From Corallochytrium limacisporum Hawaii (Eukaryota > Protista > Pluriformea), in the NCBI GenBank assembly GCA_002811645.1, contig PDIP01000032.1:136429-200428 (forward strand): DNA of 64,000 nt, read 5' to 3'. Position numbers and translations under genes: made by a program. The notes beneath the pieces are model-generated. The model ran no database searches and was not told where the DNA came from. It worked only from the letters and a program-made list of their open reading frames with translations. Below are positions 32,678 to 44,785 of this stretch, piece by piece (positions within the stretch are counted from its first letter, which is position 1; each line of letters begins with the position of its first letter).

Positions 32678-34675
32678 TTACATCTCCTCACTAACTTCAA
32701 TATACCCACAGCCACACTTACGGATCATGTTTCCATCATCATCGTGGCCAATGTCTTCAAATTCGTGAACGTGGTCTACACGTGCTGCCTTTTGGATCTG
32801 TTCCGAGCGTTCAGACACAGCCATTCTTCTTTTCCGTTCCTGTTCTTCTTGAACATACTTCTTGTAGTTGAATTGGCGCTGAATTCTGTCTCTGTGGATC
32901 AGTAGTCTGCAAATTCGGCTCCAATTACCAACGGTTCTTTTGGACTTTGCTTCAGCCAATTTGCGCGCTTCCATCGCTTCATATTCTGCGATTCCTGCCA
33001 GGATAAAGTCCTCTGTTTCCTGACATACTACAATGCCTTTTGTGATAGGCACCATTCGTCCACTTTGATACTCAAAATCGACGACTGCTTTTGCAAAGTC
33101 AATTCCCAATTTCTTCGCAATTGTGTCTGATTTTCTCGCGAGTATGTGGATACAATTCTTTGGTAGCATGCTCGGCTGAAAGAGGTCCACAAAACCATAT
33201 CGATTTTTGGGCACTCGCCCATTTTCAGCACTGGGCGGAATGTACTTTTCTGTTTGCCACTCACCGAAGAGCTCCTGGTCCTCCTTGTTTTTTCGCTTAG
33301 CAGTCTTGATCGGAGTTGCGTCCTCCTTCAGCACCTTCGCCATCTTCAGCCAACCCTCCTTCGATCTTAGTTTCCGCACATTGGCACGCGGATAGATTGC
33401 CTCTCCTTTTATACGTCCCAGAATCGGTTGCATTGGATGGATGACTTCGTAGGTTCCGACAAACTTAGCCATTGCGTACATTGGATGGTTGCGATAGTCT
33501 TGCATCTTCGTCGGTAGGGGTCCTGACATGTGAGCGGAGGTGAGCAAAATGTCCTCGTTCTCTTGCTCAATGGTCTTTGTATTGTCTAGCTTGGCGATCA
33601 ACTGACTCCACCATGTCCCATCAGGTCGTTCCTTTTGGGTTCTATGTAACCAATTCGTCGCATATCTGGCCGTGACGTCTCGAATGTTTCCCGTATTGTC
33701 AACGCCCACCACGTAGGTCAGCTGACGTTTAAGCTTGGCCTCAACTTGCATGGGCTTGTCGCTAATGCCACTGATTGGGTCATACATAATCCACCGTCGT
33801 GTTGGTCCCTCATCAAGCTTTAGTTCTACCCAGTGAGTCATCGGAGACTGTTCCCGTCCACTAGCTTGATCGGATGGGGAAACCCACTGTTTGACTGGTG
33901 ATATCCTGTCCACACTGTCTTGTACTAAACCTGTGGTCTGTTGAATATGAGCAGTCCACAAGTTGCTCATTTGCTCGGCCAGCGCTCTCATATTCGGTGC
34001 ATCTGTACGGATGTATGTGTTCTTGTTCATGCGGTAATCTAAAGGACGCAGAGGTTTCACAATCCGAGCTGAGACGTCGAATGCGCGGCACAGTGCCACG
34101 AAAACACAGGCAAGTTCCTCATAAGTTCCACTCTGGGTTCGTATTACCTCGAGCAGCCTCTTGCGAGTGAGTTGTCGGCTTTGCCGGACGTCTAATCCTT
34201 CAGGCATGAAGAAATCGTCAGGAAGCACATCTTCCTTGCAGAGCCGGAATGTTCTCTGGTACCAGACAAAGAGGTGCCCGACCAAACGGTTTTTTGAGCC
34301 CTGTTGCAGTTTCAATTCCGGGGGCACTGATGCAGCAACTGCATCTTTGACTTTGTCATGATTGACGCACTCATTCAGATGTTGCAAGTTTGCAACTTCA
34401 CAAATAAGGTGAGTTTTGTGGCAAACGGTACGTAGCTCTCTTGCCCTGCGTAGCGACACATCTGAAGTTTCTTCCACCTCAGTACTGTCCCTATCCTCGT
34501 TTACTGATATCCGAATGCTTTCTTCTGGAAGGTGAATGCTCCCTGTCTCTGAAATCTCCTCCCAATTCTGTTCATTTTCAGCATCATCAACGATCTCTGA
34601 CTGAGAAACCACCGCATCGAGCAGCTTATCTGGGTTTTCGCCGGGGTCATCCCTTGTCTTGTAGAGCCGCGGCAT
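32678..34675 (-). CDS. XPC: DNA damage recognition protein XPC/Rad4
   Basis: First ATG at 34675. HKTHLIC, FVALCRA, RDVTARYA, YRNHPMYA, ELFGEWQTEKYIPP...VPKNRYGFVDLFQPSMLP (BHD1-3). Confidence 0.96.
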   Translation of the reverse strand: MPRLYKTRDDPGENPDKLLDAVVSQSEIVDDAENEQNWEEISETGSIHLPEESIRISVNEDRDSTEVEETSDVSLRRARELRTVCHKTHLICEVANLQHLNECVNHDKVKDAVAASVPPELKLQQGSKNRLVGHLFVWYQRTFRLCKEDVLPDDFFMPEGLDVRQSRQLTRKRLLEVIRTQSGTYEELACVFVALCRAFDVSARIVKPLRPLDYRMNKNTYIRTDAPNMRALAEQMSNLWTAHIQQTTGLVQDSVDRISPVKQWVSPSDQASGREQSPMTHWVELKLDEGPTRRWIMYDPISGISDKPMQVEAKLKRQLTYVVGVDNTGNIRDVTARYATNWLHRTQKERPDGTWWSQLIAKLDNTKTIEQENEDILLTSAHMSGPLPTKMQDYRNHPMYAMAKFVGTYEVIHPMQPILGRIKGEAIYPRANVRKLRSKEGWLKMAKVLKEDATPIKTAKRKNKEDQELFGEWQTEKYIPPSAENGRVPKNRYGFVDLFQPSMLPKNCIHILARKSDTIAKKLGIDFAKAVVDFEYQSGRMVPITKGIVVCQETEDFILAGIAEYEAMEARKLAEAKSKRTVGNWSRICRLLIHRDRIQRQFNYKKYVQEEQERKRRMAVSERSEQIQKAARVDHVHEFEDIGHDDDGNMIRKCGCGYIEVSEEM

Positions 34676-35310
34676 ATCAGGTGCAGATTTCACACCTCAA
34701 ACTTGGATGAGTAGTGAAACATTCCCTTAGTTTCCAAACATGTTCGCTGTGTACGATCCAGATCTCGTGCTATTCATCCGCGCGACGCGTATATTCAAAT
34801 TGATACATCGTATGGAGGTAGTAGACTTTGACACATGATCGTGTATTTGGAACCATTCAGCTAGTTTGTTCGAATACCTAACAATCATCTATAAACGTCA
34901 CATGAAGAAAAGAGATCCGAGAGTGCTGAGACACGGAAGAGGTGCTTCAAATCCTCTTTCTGCTCTCGCTTCCTTCGGAGTCAGCAATTGCCGGCAAAGA
35001 GGGTGGCTTGGGGGAGTATTGAACTTTGCAGCACAAACGGCGAGAAGCAATTTGGGTGTCGTTCGGGATCATAGGGGGAGAGTAGGCCTCCCGCCCCCAC
35101 CTACCGGGAGGAGGAGGGGAAAGGAAGACCACACATAGCACAGGGTCAAGAGGGCCACTTAAGGAACCAGTGGAAAGTGATGTATGCGACTCGTGTACTG
35201 ATCGTCTCAACTTTTCTACGAAATGAAATGCTAATTTATGATGTTTTTATGAGAAATGTGTCCGTCTGTGTCAATGACTATCTATGCACGTCCCGTTCGA
35301 TGCACGAACC

Positions 35311-37155
35311 TTAAAGAAAGGTGATCTTGTTCTTACCCAGATCTTTCAAGTCCGCGAGCATTTGCTCTGGCTTGAGCACTGCAGTACCACCAATGAAGAC
35401 ATCAGCGTTGCGGGCCTTGCTGACTTCATATGCGCAACGCATCTCCGAGTATGAAATGCCACCGATGACGAACACAACGACCTTCTTGCCCTTTGCCTGG
35501 GGAGCAGCGGCAGGTGCCGCAGACTTTGCAGAAGACCCTGCAGCCTTCTTCTGTGCCCAGCCAGGGCGACTACGTGCACTCGTGGCCTGTGGCGGAGTGG
35601 CACTGGCGGGTGTCTGGGCAGCAGTGGCCGCGGTGAGATTGCCGGCCACGGCGGTAAAGTGGCTGGCCGGCAAACGACCGTCCAGGGCATCTTCCATAAT
35701 ATCTTTCACGATCGGAGTCCACCGCAACAGGGCATATGAACCGTCTGTGTTACGCTTGCGCCGAGGATAGGGCTTCTGACTGCTCTTGCCATTGACATCG
35801 ACTCCAAGCATGTTCAAGTTGTGAATAGCAGCAGCATCTGCTTCGCTAATGCCAGCTGTTTTGATCAACTTCTGCAAGTCGTTTGCGGGCACACCACCTT
35901 TCAAACCAACAAAGGCAATCAACAATCTGAGCTTGTGATCAGATCCAATGTTGCGATCCTGCAACACTGGAACAATATGATTCACAGGATTCTTCACCTT
36001 ATCACCTTCAGCAGTCTCTGCTGCCAAGATGTCTTGCTCGACCACGGCAACCTTTTCAATCTGTTCACCACCGGACTTTCCGAAGAATGTGTTCATGCAT
36101 TGCTGGCTCATATCCATGTGCAAACTATACTTACTCATTTCCTCCTGATACTGTGGAAGATCCTTAATGGCTTTTGTGAGATCCTTGAATGTAACCTTAT
36201 CTTGCATAGATACCTTGCCAGGGTTGGCCTTCTGCATGAACTCCTTAAACTTTGTAGTTACTTCCTTGACCGCATCGGCGATGAATTCATGTCTGACCGA
36301 GGACCAGATGGGGTCGTGCTCACCAATGATAATGTCCCGCTTCACTGTTTTTCCATCAGCGCCGGCGAAAGAGTGGTTGTACTTGTCACCGTCAATGGGA
36401 AGATAGTCGTAGGCCATGCACTGGTAGGTGCACTCGTGAAGAACGGGTGAAACTGGATCAAAGTCACGGCCCAAGATGAGCAGCTCCACAGCATTGTCTC
36501 CAGTACCGGTCGGTAGCGGCTTCTCCGAAGCCATCTCATCCAGACATATGATAAGTTGGTTTGCCAGTCGCTCATTCCATGGGCTCGACTTCATGAACTT
36601 GATCGTCGGGTAATATCCCAGGGTACCGAACACAGTTGCAAGCTGGGAGGCTGTCCTTTCAATAACCAGGCTCTGAGCTTGACTTTTGTTGCTGTAGATT
36701 TCATGCATGAAGGAAGGCCGGTCAATATGGAAAACACGCTCCTCGTAAGGAAGGTAGTCTACGTAGAATTCTTCGAGGGTCTTGATCTTGGTCGCAACCC
36801 GGTTGCTGGTCAAAACATATAGAGCGTCCGGGGGGATGATACCGGTGGCAAAAATATGAGCAGCAGCATACTGCTCTTCGTGTTCCTTCTCAAAGTCTTC
36901 AGCAATGATCTCAAAGTTTTTCTTGGTGGGTTCCACGAAGTAGATGGCTTCAAAGTAGTCGAAACGCTTGCGCTTCAGTGCAATGTTCTCAACAATTGTG
37001 ACCCCGTTATCCATGACGTCAAACATGCGACAGGACTGCGAAATAACCCGAGTCGCATGCTGGTCAACAACCAAGACCTTCCAGCCTGAGTCAGGGTCAA
37101 CTTTCTTGATCATGCCTTCCATGATCCGTTCCCGGACTTTGTTCTTGAGATCCAT
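35311..37155 (-). CDS. Sec1/Munc18 family exocytic SM protein (Munc18/STXBP-like)
   Basis: First ATG at 37155. WKVLVVD, EAIYFVEP, RDFDPVSPVLHECTYQCMAYD, LPQYQEEMSKYSLHM, RWTPIVKDIMED, VFVIGGISYSEMRCAYEVS. Confidence 0.96.
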   Translation of the reverse strand: MDLKNKVRERIMEGMIKKVDPDSGWKVLVVDQHATRVISQSCRMFDVMDNGVTIVENIALKRKRFDYFEAIYFVEPTKKNFEIIAEDFEKEHEEQYAAAHIFATGIIPPDALYVLTSNRVATKIKTLEEFYVDYLPYEERVFHIDRPSFMHEIYSNKSQAQSLVIERTASQLATVFGTLGYYPTIKFMKSSPWNERLANQLIICLDEMASEKPLPTGTGDNAVELLILGRDFDPVSPVLHECTYQCMAYDYLPIDGDKYNHSFAGADGKTVKRDIIIGEHDPIWSSVRHEFIADAVKEVTTKFKEFMQKANPGKVSMQDKVTFKDLTKAIKDLPQYQEEMSKYSLHMDMSQQCMNTFFGKSGGEQIEKVAVVEQDILAAETAEGDKVKNPVNHIVPVLQDRNIGSDHKLRLLIAFVGLKGGVPANDLQKLIKTAGISEADAAAIHNLNMLGVDVNGKSSQKPYPRRKRNTDGSYALLRWTPIVKDIMEDALDGRLPASHFTAVAGNLTAATAAQTPASATPPQATSARSRPGWAQKKAAGSSAKSAAPAAAPQAKGKKVVVFVIGGISYSEMRCAYEVSKARNADVFIGGTAVLKPEQMLADLKDLGKNKITFL

Positions 37156-40100
37156 TTTGATTTTAATTGGTTGCACCCATCGAATGAAACTAGGCAGTAC
37201 AACTGAGCAGGAAGTCGGAACTATGATGGAGCCATATACTGATCGGTCTGATTGCCCTTAAATATCTATGGCGATGGCCAAACAACCGAGCATGAGTGAC
37301 TTACGTTAAAGGAGACCTCCCCCATAGCTGGATACCCTTTCAAAATGGCCTAACCTTGGGAATTGAAAGAATAAAATTCTTCCCGCCTCACTCTGCATGT
37401 GCTGTGGATACTGAATATACCAATTGGAACCAACAACTGGAAGAATATTCGTGTTGAAAGAAACCCTCCCCAATGGTGCCTCACCAAATGGCATTATTTC
37501 AGATGTCTGGAGTGCCCACCACGGGTACTCCATCAAGGGCAATGGCCGTGTACGGGCGTCCAGATTAGTTGTTTCGCTATGCAAGCTTGGAGGGCACCCC
37601 CGCCCCCTTCTAGAGTGTCTGGCTATTGTGATGATTTCGGTGGGTTCGGGAATGAGCGTGCCAAAAAGAAAAACACAAACAAGACTTCAAGAGAAGTGAG
37701 TGGGTACGCTATTACGACAAGCAAGATCAGCGTCATTGGTAGGGACAAGCGTAGTAGTTAAACAAGCAAACTACAGCAGGAAGTGGGAAGCAGCACGACA
37801 GGCACAGGGCTTCTCCCAACCCCGCAACAGAGCTAGGGCACCAATTGTAACGTGGAAACCCATCTTTGCGAAATGCAAAGGTCTGTTGCCGAATAATCCT
37901 TGTGAGAACAGTTGAACGGGGTCCCCCCAGGGGAAATAGAGAAACAAAGATTCTTCTCCCGCATGATTTCTACTAGATGGACATGTTTATGTTGGGCCAG
38001 CGAAGAAACTAGCTTGTGTGGTGTTGTCCCTGCCCTCCCCCCGGGGGGGGGGGCATCAGTGGCTGTCGGGATTTCCTCGTCTTGTTGCGATACCGGTGGG
38101 GTCTGCCTACAACAGCCCAATGCTCTTTCCGTTATGTACCTACCGGTCAATAAGAACCAGCGGGGAGCCAACGGGTGTGCCGTGTGCACTTAGTTGAACG
38201 TCGTGGTGATATAATGAGCATCAGTCCCGAATTGTTGCGAACTGGGCCGAGGGACCCACCGACGGGAATGTTACGTGTTTTGATCACACACACAGTAACC
38301 TCAATTACCCGCACATCAGTGGATTTGACCATCATCGATTCGTTTTCGCTTGAACGTAGATTTCAGTGTATGAGCATGAATACGGTGAATACTGGTCATG
38401 CCCGCAGATCCGCCATGCCCATCACGAGATGTTTTCCTCAATGGATCAGCAGCCGCCACCAGAGAGGGCGCACCGAGCCCTATGTATGCAAAGCGACAGT
38501 CCTGAGCCAGTGGTGGGCTGCCAAAGGAGGGGGGGAGGATGAAGGGTGGGCGTGGTGGAGGACATGTCCAACCAGTACTAAAAGTTCACGAGTATCCGCT
38601 GACGACTAGTACAATTCCATCTAACTTTTTGGTATACAAATTACAAGAGTTCTGTGCCTACGTTTCCGGTCCAATCACGACGGTCCCCGTTTAGTATTTT
38701 TTTTCTTTGCTTCACCCGCGCTACCCATTGAACCGCCTACCGCGATCACTGGGCCAGGATTCGGTCGCAATCGTAGTCACCACCCATCAACATGGAGACA
38801 TGAGTGGAACTGGCCTGAGTTGCTTGGACCCGGTGGGGAGGGGTCCCAGAGTGTCGCTATATTCATTCCATTCACTATTGGCCCAGCATTGTGTAATGGC
38901 ATAAATTGCCAATGGAGACCGCATTTTTTTTTTCCTGTTTAGCCGTTCATTTCAGCCGGGCTTTGGGCCCGACCAGTGAAAGTCCTGCATGCGCTGAAGA
39001 GCCACTCCTTTTAAGAGCTGACAACCCCGTTCTGAGTCATTCTTTCTATGGCGGGCTATGATGCATTCTGACTAACGAATACTTGCGCCCACCACCACCG
39101 CAAGCTTAGCAAGTCCTGGGAGTTCGCTTGATCCTCTCTTTTGCCCTGCGGCGTACGGACGCCCTCATGATGTATAGCTTCTTTAGCTATCCCTATCTGC
39201 GGCCAGTAGAGAAACTGCCACTCTGCTCCGGACGGGTACCCTTCGCGACGGCGAGTGTCAAGGACCTGCACACCAACTTGTAGCTTTACTCCCCCATTCA
39301 TTTGTATTGATTCCTGGTTCATTCACAAGTGAAAGGAGTTGGTTTCCAATCAATGGTCACTTAGGGAACCTGTTTACTATTGCCATCGGCGGTTCCTTCT
39401 TGTAGCTCTGCGACCCCCAACACACTTTGAACATTGGTTCTCTTCCTTTCCTTTTTTTTTTTTTCTCAACGACAACAGAGAGGAGGGTGGAACATTTGAG
39501 GGGGCGTCATGGGGTTTTGTTGAATCGTCTCATCGCGAGGCATGCGGTGGACCAGTTTCACCGGGAGGGAGAATATCTGCCACCACTTGCGCAGAATATG
39601 TACTTTCATTCGCAGCGGCTGAATTCCATAGAGAATGTAGGGACACAAAAAGGCGTGTTGGGGACCTGCTTCTTCCGAATCCTGGAATGCCGCCTCGGGG
39701 TCGTCGCACTTCGATGCACTTTAACGCCCCGAGCCCGCCCAACTCCGACCGGGCCGGCCTGTGGCCATGCATCTGCCACCACCGACAGGGGGGTGGGGCC
39801 CTGGATCGTTTCCGCATTAATAGTAAATATATGAAATATATGGGCCGAAAGGGAAAGGACGAGAGAATTTTTTCCATGCCGGGGTGCGGCGATTGACAAA
39901 ACGGTAAAAGATAGACGAGGAATAACGAAAATGGCGGGTGGGTAGGTAGGGCCCGTGTATGCGCCGGAATTTTGCCACCCTTAGAGGCGAAAAGGGGGCT
40001 TGTAGACGTCTCCTGGAGCACACCTGCGGTGGAAACATGGCGATAGAGATGTGAACTCGGCAAACACATAGAGATACCTCCCTTTCAGGAGCTTTCTTCA

Positions 40101-40339
40101 CGCCTTAGGCTGCACATCCTTCACAGCCACATAGCTTGGTTTCGTCTTCAACTTATCATCGTTGCGTTCAGGTATGGAAACGACTACATTTGGGTTGAGG
40201 AAAACTCTTCCTTCGAGGGGCGAGGCAACATGCAGCGTTCGCAAAACCTTAAGGTAGCCCCAGAGCACGGTCAATACGATTTACAGAAAAGAAGAATATA
40301 GGGTACCGACTGCAGCATTAGGACAGCGTTGTATGTAGC

Positions 40340-42571
40340 ATGCTCCATCGGTACAGGCTTAGTGAACTGCAGGCTGCCAGTTTTGCCAAGCTGGTAGCAG
40401 TACCTCTGGACCAATCAAAGCCGATGAGTGCCACTAGTGAAGACTCTGGCTCAAGGGAGCGTCCATCAGCGGAGCAAAATTCACTGCGCGTTACAGATGA
40501 ACACGAACATGAGCCCAAGGAATCAGCGAGCTCTGAGGGAGACAGCGGGGAACGCACACTTGGCAGACCCACCCGTGGAGTCTCGCCAGTGTACAAGAAA
40601 CCAGTTGCAAAACAGTATAGTGGTGAATCAGCTATTGCACCTATAGGCTCCAAGATAGGGAATTTCAGCTGGCAATCGGCGACAAACACAGTTGCAGAGG
40701 GACTCGGACTCCCTGGATTTTCGAACAAGTCGCCATTCAAAGACTATGTATACGAAAAGGTTCTCGGTTCTGGTGCTTTCTCTAAAGTGAGACTCGGAAT
40801 CCATGTTCCCACGCAAACAAAGGTTGCAGTCAAAATAATGTCAAAGGCACGGCTGGAAGTATGTCGAGAGAGACAACTTAAGCAGAAATTGAAGCTTAAG
40901 CTGATCACACAGGACCAGTACGAAGAGCTCAAGGAAGAAGCACTGACTACATGGGAGCGTCTAAGCAAGGAGGCCAAGCTATTGCAGTATTTGGATCATC
41001 CCAATATTATTGTACTTTATCAGGTAGCAGAGTCAGCAACAGAATTTCACATTATCCAAGAATATGCCCCGGGTGGCACTCTGCCGGGATACATGAAATC
41101 AAGGGGCGGCAAGTTGAGCGAGGAGACCAGCAGGGTCATTTTCAGGCAATTGCTGTCTGCGTTAGATCATTGCCACCGCAGCGGTGTAGTACATCGTGAC
41201 ATCAAGATGGACAATGTGCTATTAAGAGATGCGGACGCTGACGTTCCCCACGCGATGTTGACAGATTTCGGCTTAGGACGAATTATCGATCCGGAAGATA
41301 TGTGCGCAACCTTTTGCGGGACCCCCATTTATGCTGCGCCAGAGCTGGTCTCTGGCGTACGGTACCATGGTAGTGTGACAGACATATGGGCTTTGATGGT
41401 ACTTTTATTCCAGCTGATTGCTGGTCGTGCCCCGTTTAAGGCCAAAGGGGTACCAAATCTGTACAAGAAAATTCTAGCAGTGGACTATATTATGCCGGAG
41501 CAGTTCTCACCGGAATTGCAGGAACTTATCCAAGGAGTGTTTAAACGGGACTCTGCTGACCGTTTGGAAATGGAGGAATTGCGCATTCGTGAATGGACAA
41601 ACAAAGGGTTTGACACACCACCTGCACGAGTCCTGCCACACAAAGCCATCAATCAGATGAGCATGAATTTCATGGACAACTGCAAGAGCATCGCGTACGA
41701 AAAGGATGCTATCATCTATCTGTACAACAATCCATCGGGCATCAAGGACTACATCAAATCTGGATTTGACGCTGGCAAGCCATCTGCACTTGGGGTCGAA
41801 AATCAAAGTACACTAAGCACGAGCCTCTCATCTGAACTGTTGGATACCCAAGACAGCAATCAGTCGAAACCTCGAATGCGTTTACCAACTTTCTCAGAAG
41901 AAGAGGCTGAAGCAGATGCACTTGTGAAAGCCCCGGGTGACATCTTGGGAACTAGTCTAAGTGTGCTTGACGAGTTGAGCCAACCAAAGTTCACCATCGC
42001 CCGTTCCAAGAGCGAGATTAGCCAGAACTCGGACGAGGCAAAGTCATCAGGTACTTTGGGCCAGCGTCACAGTATCGACGATAAGGATCTGCCACACGTT
42101 CAACGTCGCGCCAACAGTGAGAGGCCCAAGAGCCGGACTCGTCCAGTCAGCATGTCAGAAAGCGGGAACGCGCTACAGAAAATCGCGCCCTTTCGTTGTG
42201 CCTATAAATGCACGCACCTGAATCCGGAGCAACTGTTCTTGAAATTGAAGAGAATCCTGACTCACTTGAGCATGACCTTTAGTGTAAACACAGGCACTAT
42301 GATGTCATTGCGGGCTACTCACCTGGGCGATCATGGCGTCGTAGAGAGTCCTGGTCCGATTGAGAACATGTCGGAAATGTTGAAGAGTCTTACGAATAGC
42401 AAGAACCCTCCGGCCAATTCTGGGTTAAGAGAAGCCCTGGTTATGGACCTCACGGTGGGGAAGGTCTGGATGTCCACGACTACCACTGCTTTGCAAATTA
42501 GGAAGGTAAGCGGTCGCGAGGATGTCTTCCGTCAAATTCACGATCGAATCGTTGCCCTGTGTGACAACTAA
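40340..42571 (+). CDS. CAMKL-family (MARK/Kin1-like) Ser/Thr kinase with C-terminal KA1-like domain
   Basis: GSGAFSKV, VAVK, HRDIKMDN, DFG, TFCGTPIYAAPE. Terminal LQIRKVSGREDVFRQIHDRIV resembles KA1. Start uncertain (ATG 40340 or 40424). Confidence 0.9.
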   Translation: MLHRYRLSELQAASFAKLVAVPLDQSKPMSATSEDSGSRERPSAEQNSLRVTDEHEHEPKESASSEGDSGERTLGRPTRGVSPVYKKPVAKQYSGESAIAPIGSKIGNFSWQSATNTVAEGLGLPGFSNKSPFKDYVYEKVLGSGAFSKVRLGIHVPTQTKVAVKIMSKARLEVCRERQLKQKLKLKLITQDQYEELKEEALTTWERLSKEAKLLQYLDHPNIIVLYQVAESATEFHIIQEYAPGGTLPGYMKSRGGKLSEETSRVIFRQLLSALDHCHRSGVVHRDIKMDNVLLRDADADVPHAMLTDFGLGRIIDPEDMCATFCGTPIYAAPELVSGVRYHGSVTDIWALMVLLFQLIAGRAPFKAKGVPNLYKKILAVDYIMPEQFSPELQELIQGVFKRDSADRLEMEELRIREWTNKGFDTPPARVLPHKAINQMSMNFMDNCKSIAYEKDAIIYLYNNPSGIKDYIKSGFDAGKPSALGVENQSTLSTSLSSELLDTQDSNQSKPRMRLPTFSEEEAEADALVKAPGDILGTSLSVLDELSQPKFTIARSKSEISQNSDEAKSSGTLGQRHSIDDKDLPHVQRRANSERPKSRTRPVSMSESGNALQKIAPFRCAYKCTHLNPEQLFLKLKRILTHLSMTFSVNTGTMMSLRATHLGDHGVVESPGPIENMSEMLKSLTNSKNPPANSGLREALVMDLTVGKVWMSTTTTALQIRKVSGREDVFRQIHDRIVALCDN

Positions 42572-42649
42572 AACCATGTACCATATCAGACAACAGATTA
42601 TAAAACAACTGCAAAGCTGTACTTCTTTACTTTGTCGAAATCAAACTCG

Positions 42650-44785
42650 TCAAGCTGATGCATCGAACAATGCCTTCAACTCTCGTTCCACATCTGCAGC
42701 GGAGTATTTGATATACTTTTCCGGTGTGGTGGTAAATGGCACATTCTGGTACCGGACTAAAAACTTTCTGTACAGCGGCAGCAAGCCGTCCAAATGTGAC
42801 TTTACCAGTGCTGCCCGCAACGCTGTGTCCGGTACAGCCCACTGTTTCTGAGACGACGTAAGAGCCGCAAATTCCGAGTTGAAGGTTGAGAACTTGTCCT
42901 TGATCATTTTCTTCGCATCGCGCGAAATCTTGTCACCTGTCAGGTCATGTTCCTTTCCACCTTTCTTGATATCCAGGACAGCCTCAGTGCACTTGAACCA
43001 GGTGGCATCATAGTTGCGCCGGTACTGTATGAATCCGGACTGGACGTGTTTTTTTACATCCTGTGGCGTGGCCTGTTCCAGGCCCTTGTGAGTGGATCCA
43101 GAGGCCGATGGAACGCAATGTTTCTCTATGTAGTGAAGGTTGTTCATCATGAAGACATCTTGCAGACCAGTTTCCGAGTAGACTTTGGACTTAGCCTCCA
43201 AATTATCATACAGAATACCAACTAGTTCACCAATGTAGTTGTTGATATTGCTTCCCATCGACGACAACAAAGGAATCACTGTCTCCTTGTACTCTAACAG
43301 TTTCTCCAGATTGCCAATGATCTCAGATGTGACCTCGTGCACAGTGCCGTCGTTTGGTACGGCACGACCACCCTGAGCCTTAGCATTGACCGTGATATCC
43401 TTGAGAGCTTTGGTGCACGCACCCTCAAAGTCACTGACAAGGTCCTGGTATTTTTCAAACTCTTTGGTAACAGCCCAGAGCAGTTTGCGCATTGGACTCA
43501 GGTTTTTCTTTAGGGCTTTCAGAATATCTAAACATTCGTAGAGCAGAGTGTAGTCATAGCCCATCTCAGGGCTGTAACCAGCCTTTTCACTTTCCTTGGA
43601 CAATTTCTGCACCATGACCAAATTCAAGTCCACGAAGTCAGTCACTGGCGTACTAATGACACTGGCAAATCCAGTGGCAACTAGAGCTGCGGGAATGCAC
43701 CTCTCGGTCATCGCCTTTTCATGATCCAAAATCTTATAGAATTGGTGTACAGACCGCGCATAGCGACTGGAACCCACTTCATATCCTTTCCGATTGTCAC
43801 CAGCACCCTTGACCACGTCGGCGAGTGCAGTAATGCTCGAGCGGTGCCCATGGCCTAGGCTCGGCTGACGAAAGTGATCAGTGGTCTTAGATTTGATTTT
43901 GTCCAGGGCCCGGGCCCCCATGCTGATATTGTCTTTACGGCTACGGTGCCCACGTTTCGAAGGTCCTCCACCACTTGGTCCGTCACCCAATTTTGGCGCA
44001 CCACTATCTGCGCCTCTTTCCTCGGCGAGCTGACCAATATCAAAGAAATCTTCAGTGATCGATTTCTTCAGTAAATTCACCATATGGCTACTTCGGACAG
44101 TGGCATAGATGGTGATAAAGTTATTAATCTGCACCGTTGTGAACCATGACCCAATCTTGTACATGTCATTGATTAATATGTCAATGTCCTGCTGCGGATT
44201 CTGTGAAGGTTGCTTAATCGCAGCAAAGCCCACTTCAGACTCAATCTCGGTGAGCTTGGACACCCGCAGTCGGTAAACACTCTCTAATTCACTTACGCCT
44301 CGTCCATAGTACACTTCAATTTCACTGATAATTCCATCTGATAGGGCCGCACTACGTCCTCCTGGGGTGTGCTCTACCTGTTCTTTAAAGAATTGCATGG
44401 CTTCATGAGCCTTGTACATTACTCTGATATAGTCCGACAGGTCGCTGGTGGCACCGAGAGCAACCACATCTTCAATCTCCTTTGGTGTGTAATAGAAGCT
44501 GATGATATACTCCAACTGCGTGATTGTTTCTTGAAGGTTCTCAGAAGCCAACTGAATATCTGTGGTCACACCATGGAGTGGAGATATACTGGTTTCAACA
44601 TCTTCTAGGCGGTTGGCAAACGCAGCCAAGATGTTTGTAAAGTCTGTTGTTACTTCGTCTGCTCGTTTTAACGATTGTCTCAGCAGGACTGTATCATCCC
44701 GATCCGACTGCATGCTTTCCTCCATTTCTGCTCTCTTCTGGAACAGAGCCAGAATCTCTGGCTTCATGACATATGTATTCGACAT
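42650..44785 (-). CDS. EXOC7: Exocyst subunit Exo70
   Basis: VPNDGTVHEVTS, VFMMNNLHYI, IKDKFSTFNSEF, WAVPDTALR, FTTTPEKYIKYS. Confidence 0.96.
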   Translation of the reverse strand: MSNTYVMKPEILALFQKRAEMEESMQSDRDDTVLLRQSLKRADEVTTDFTNILAAFANRLEDVETSISPLHGVTTDIQLASENLQETITQLEYIISFYYTPKEIEDVVALGATSDLSDYIRVMYKAHEAMQFFKEQVEHTPGGRSAALSDGIISEIEVYYGRGVSELESVYRLRVSKLTEIESEVGFAAIKQPSQNPQQDIDILINDMYKIGSWFTTVQINNFITIYATVRSSHMVNLLKKSITEDFFDIGQLAEERGADSGAPKLGDGPSGGGPSKRGHRSRKDNISMGARALDKIKSKTTDHFRQPSLGHGHRSSITALADVVKGAGDNRKGYEVGSSRYARSVHQFYKILDHEKAMTERCIPAALVATGFASVISTPVTDFVDLNLVMVQKLSKESEKAGYSPEMGYDYTLLYECLDILKALKKNLSPMRKLLWAVTKEFEKYQDLVSDFEGACTKALKDITVNAKAQGGRAVPNDGTVHEVTSEIIGNLEKLLEYKETVIPLLSSMGSNINNYIGELVGILYDNLEAKSKVYSETGLQDVFMMNNLHYIEKHCVPSASGSTHKGLEQATPQDVKKHVQSGFIQYRRNYDATWFKCTEAVLDIKKGGKEHDLTGDKISRDAKKMIKDKFSTFNSEFAALTSSQKQWAVPDTALRAALVKSHLDGLLPLYRKFLVRYQNVPFTTTPEKYIKYSAADVERELKALFDASA

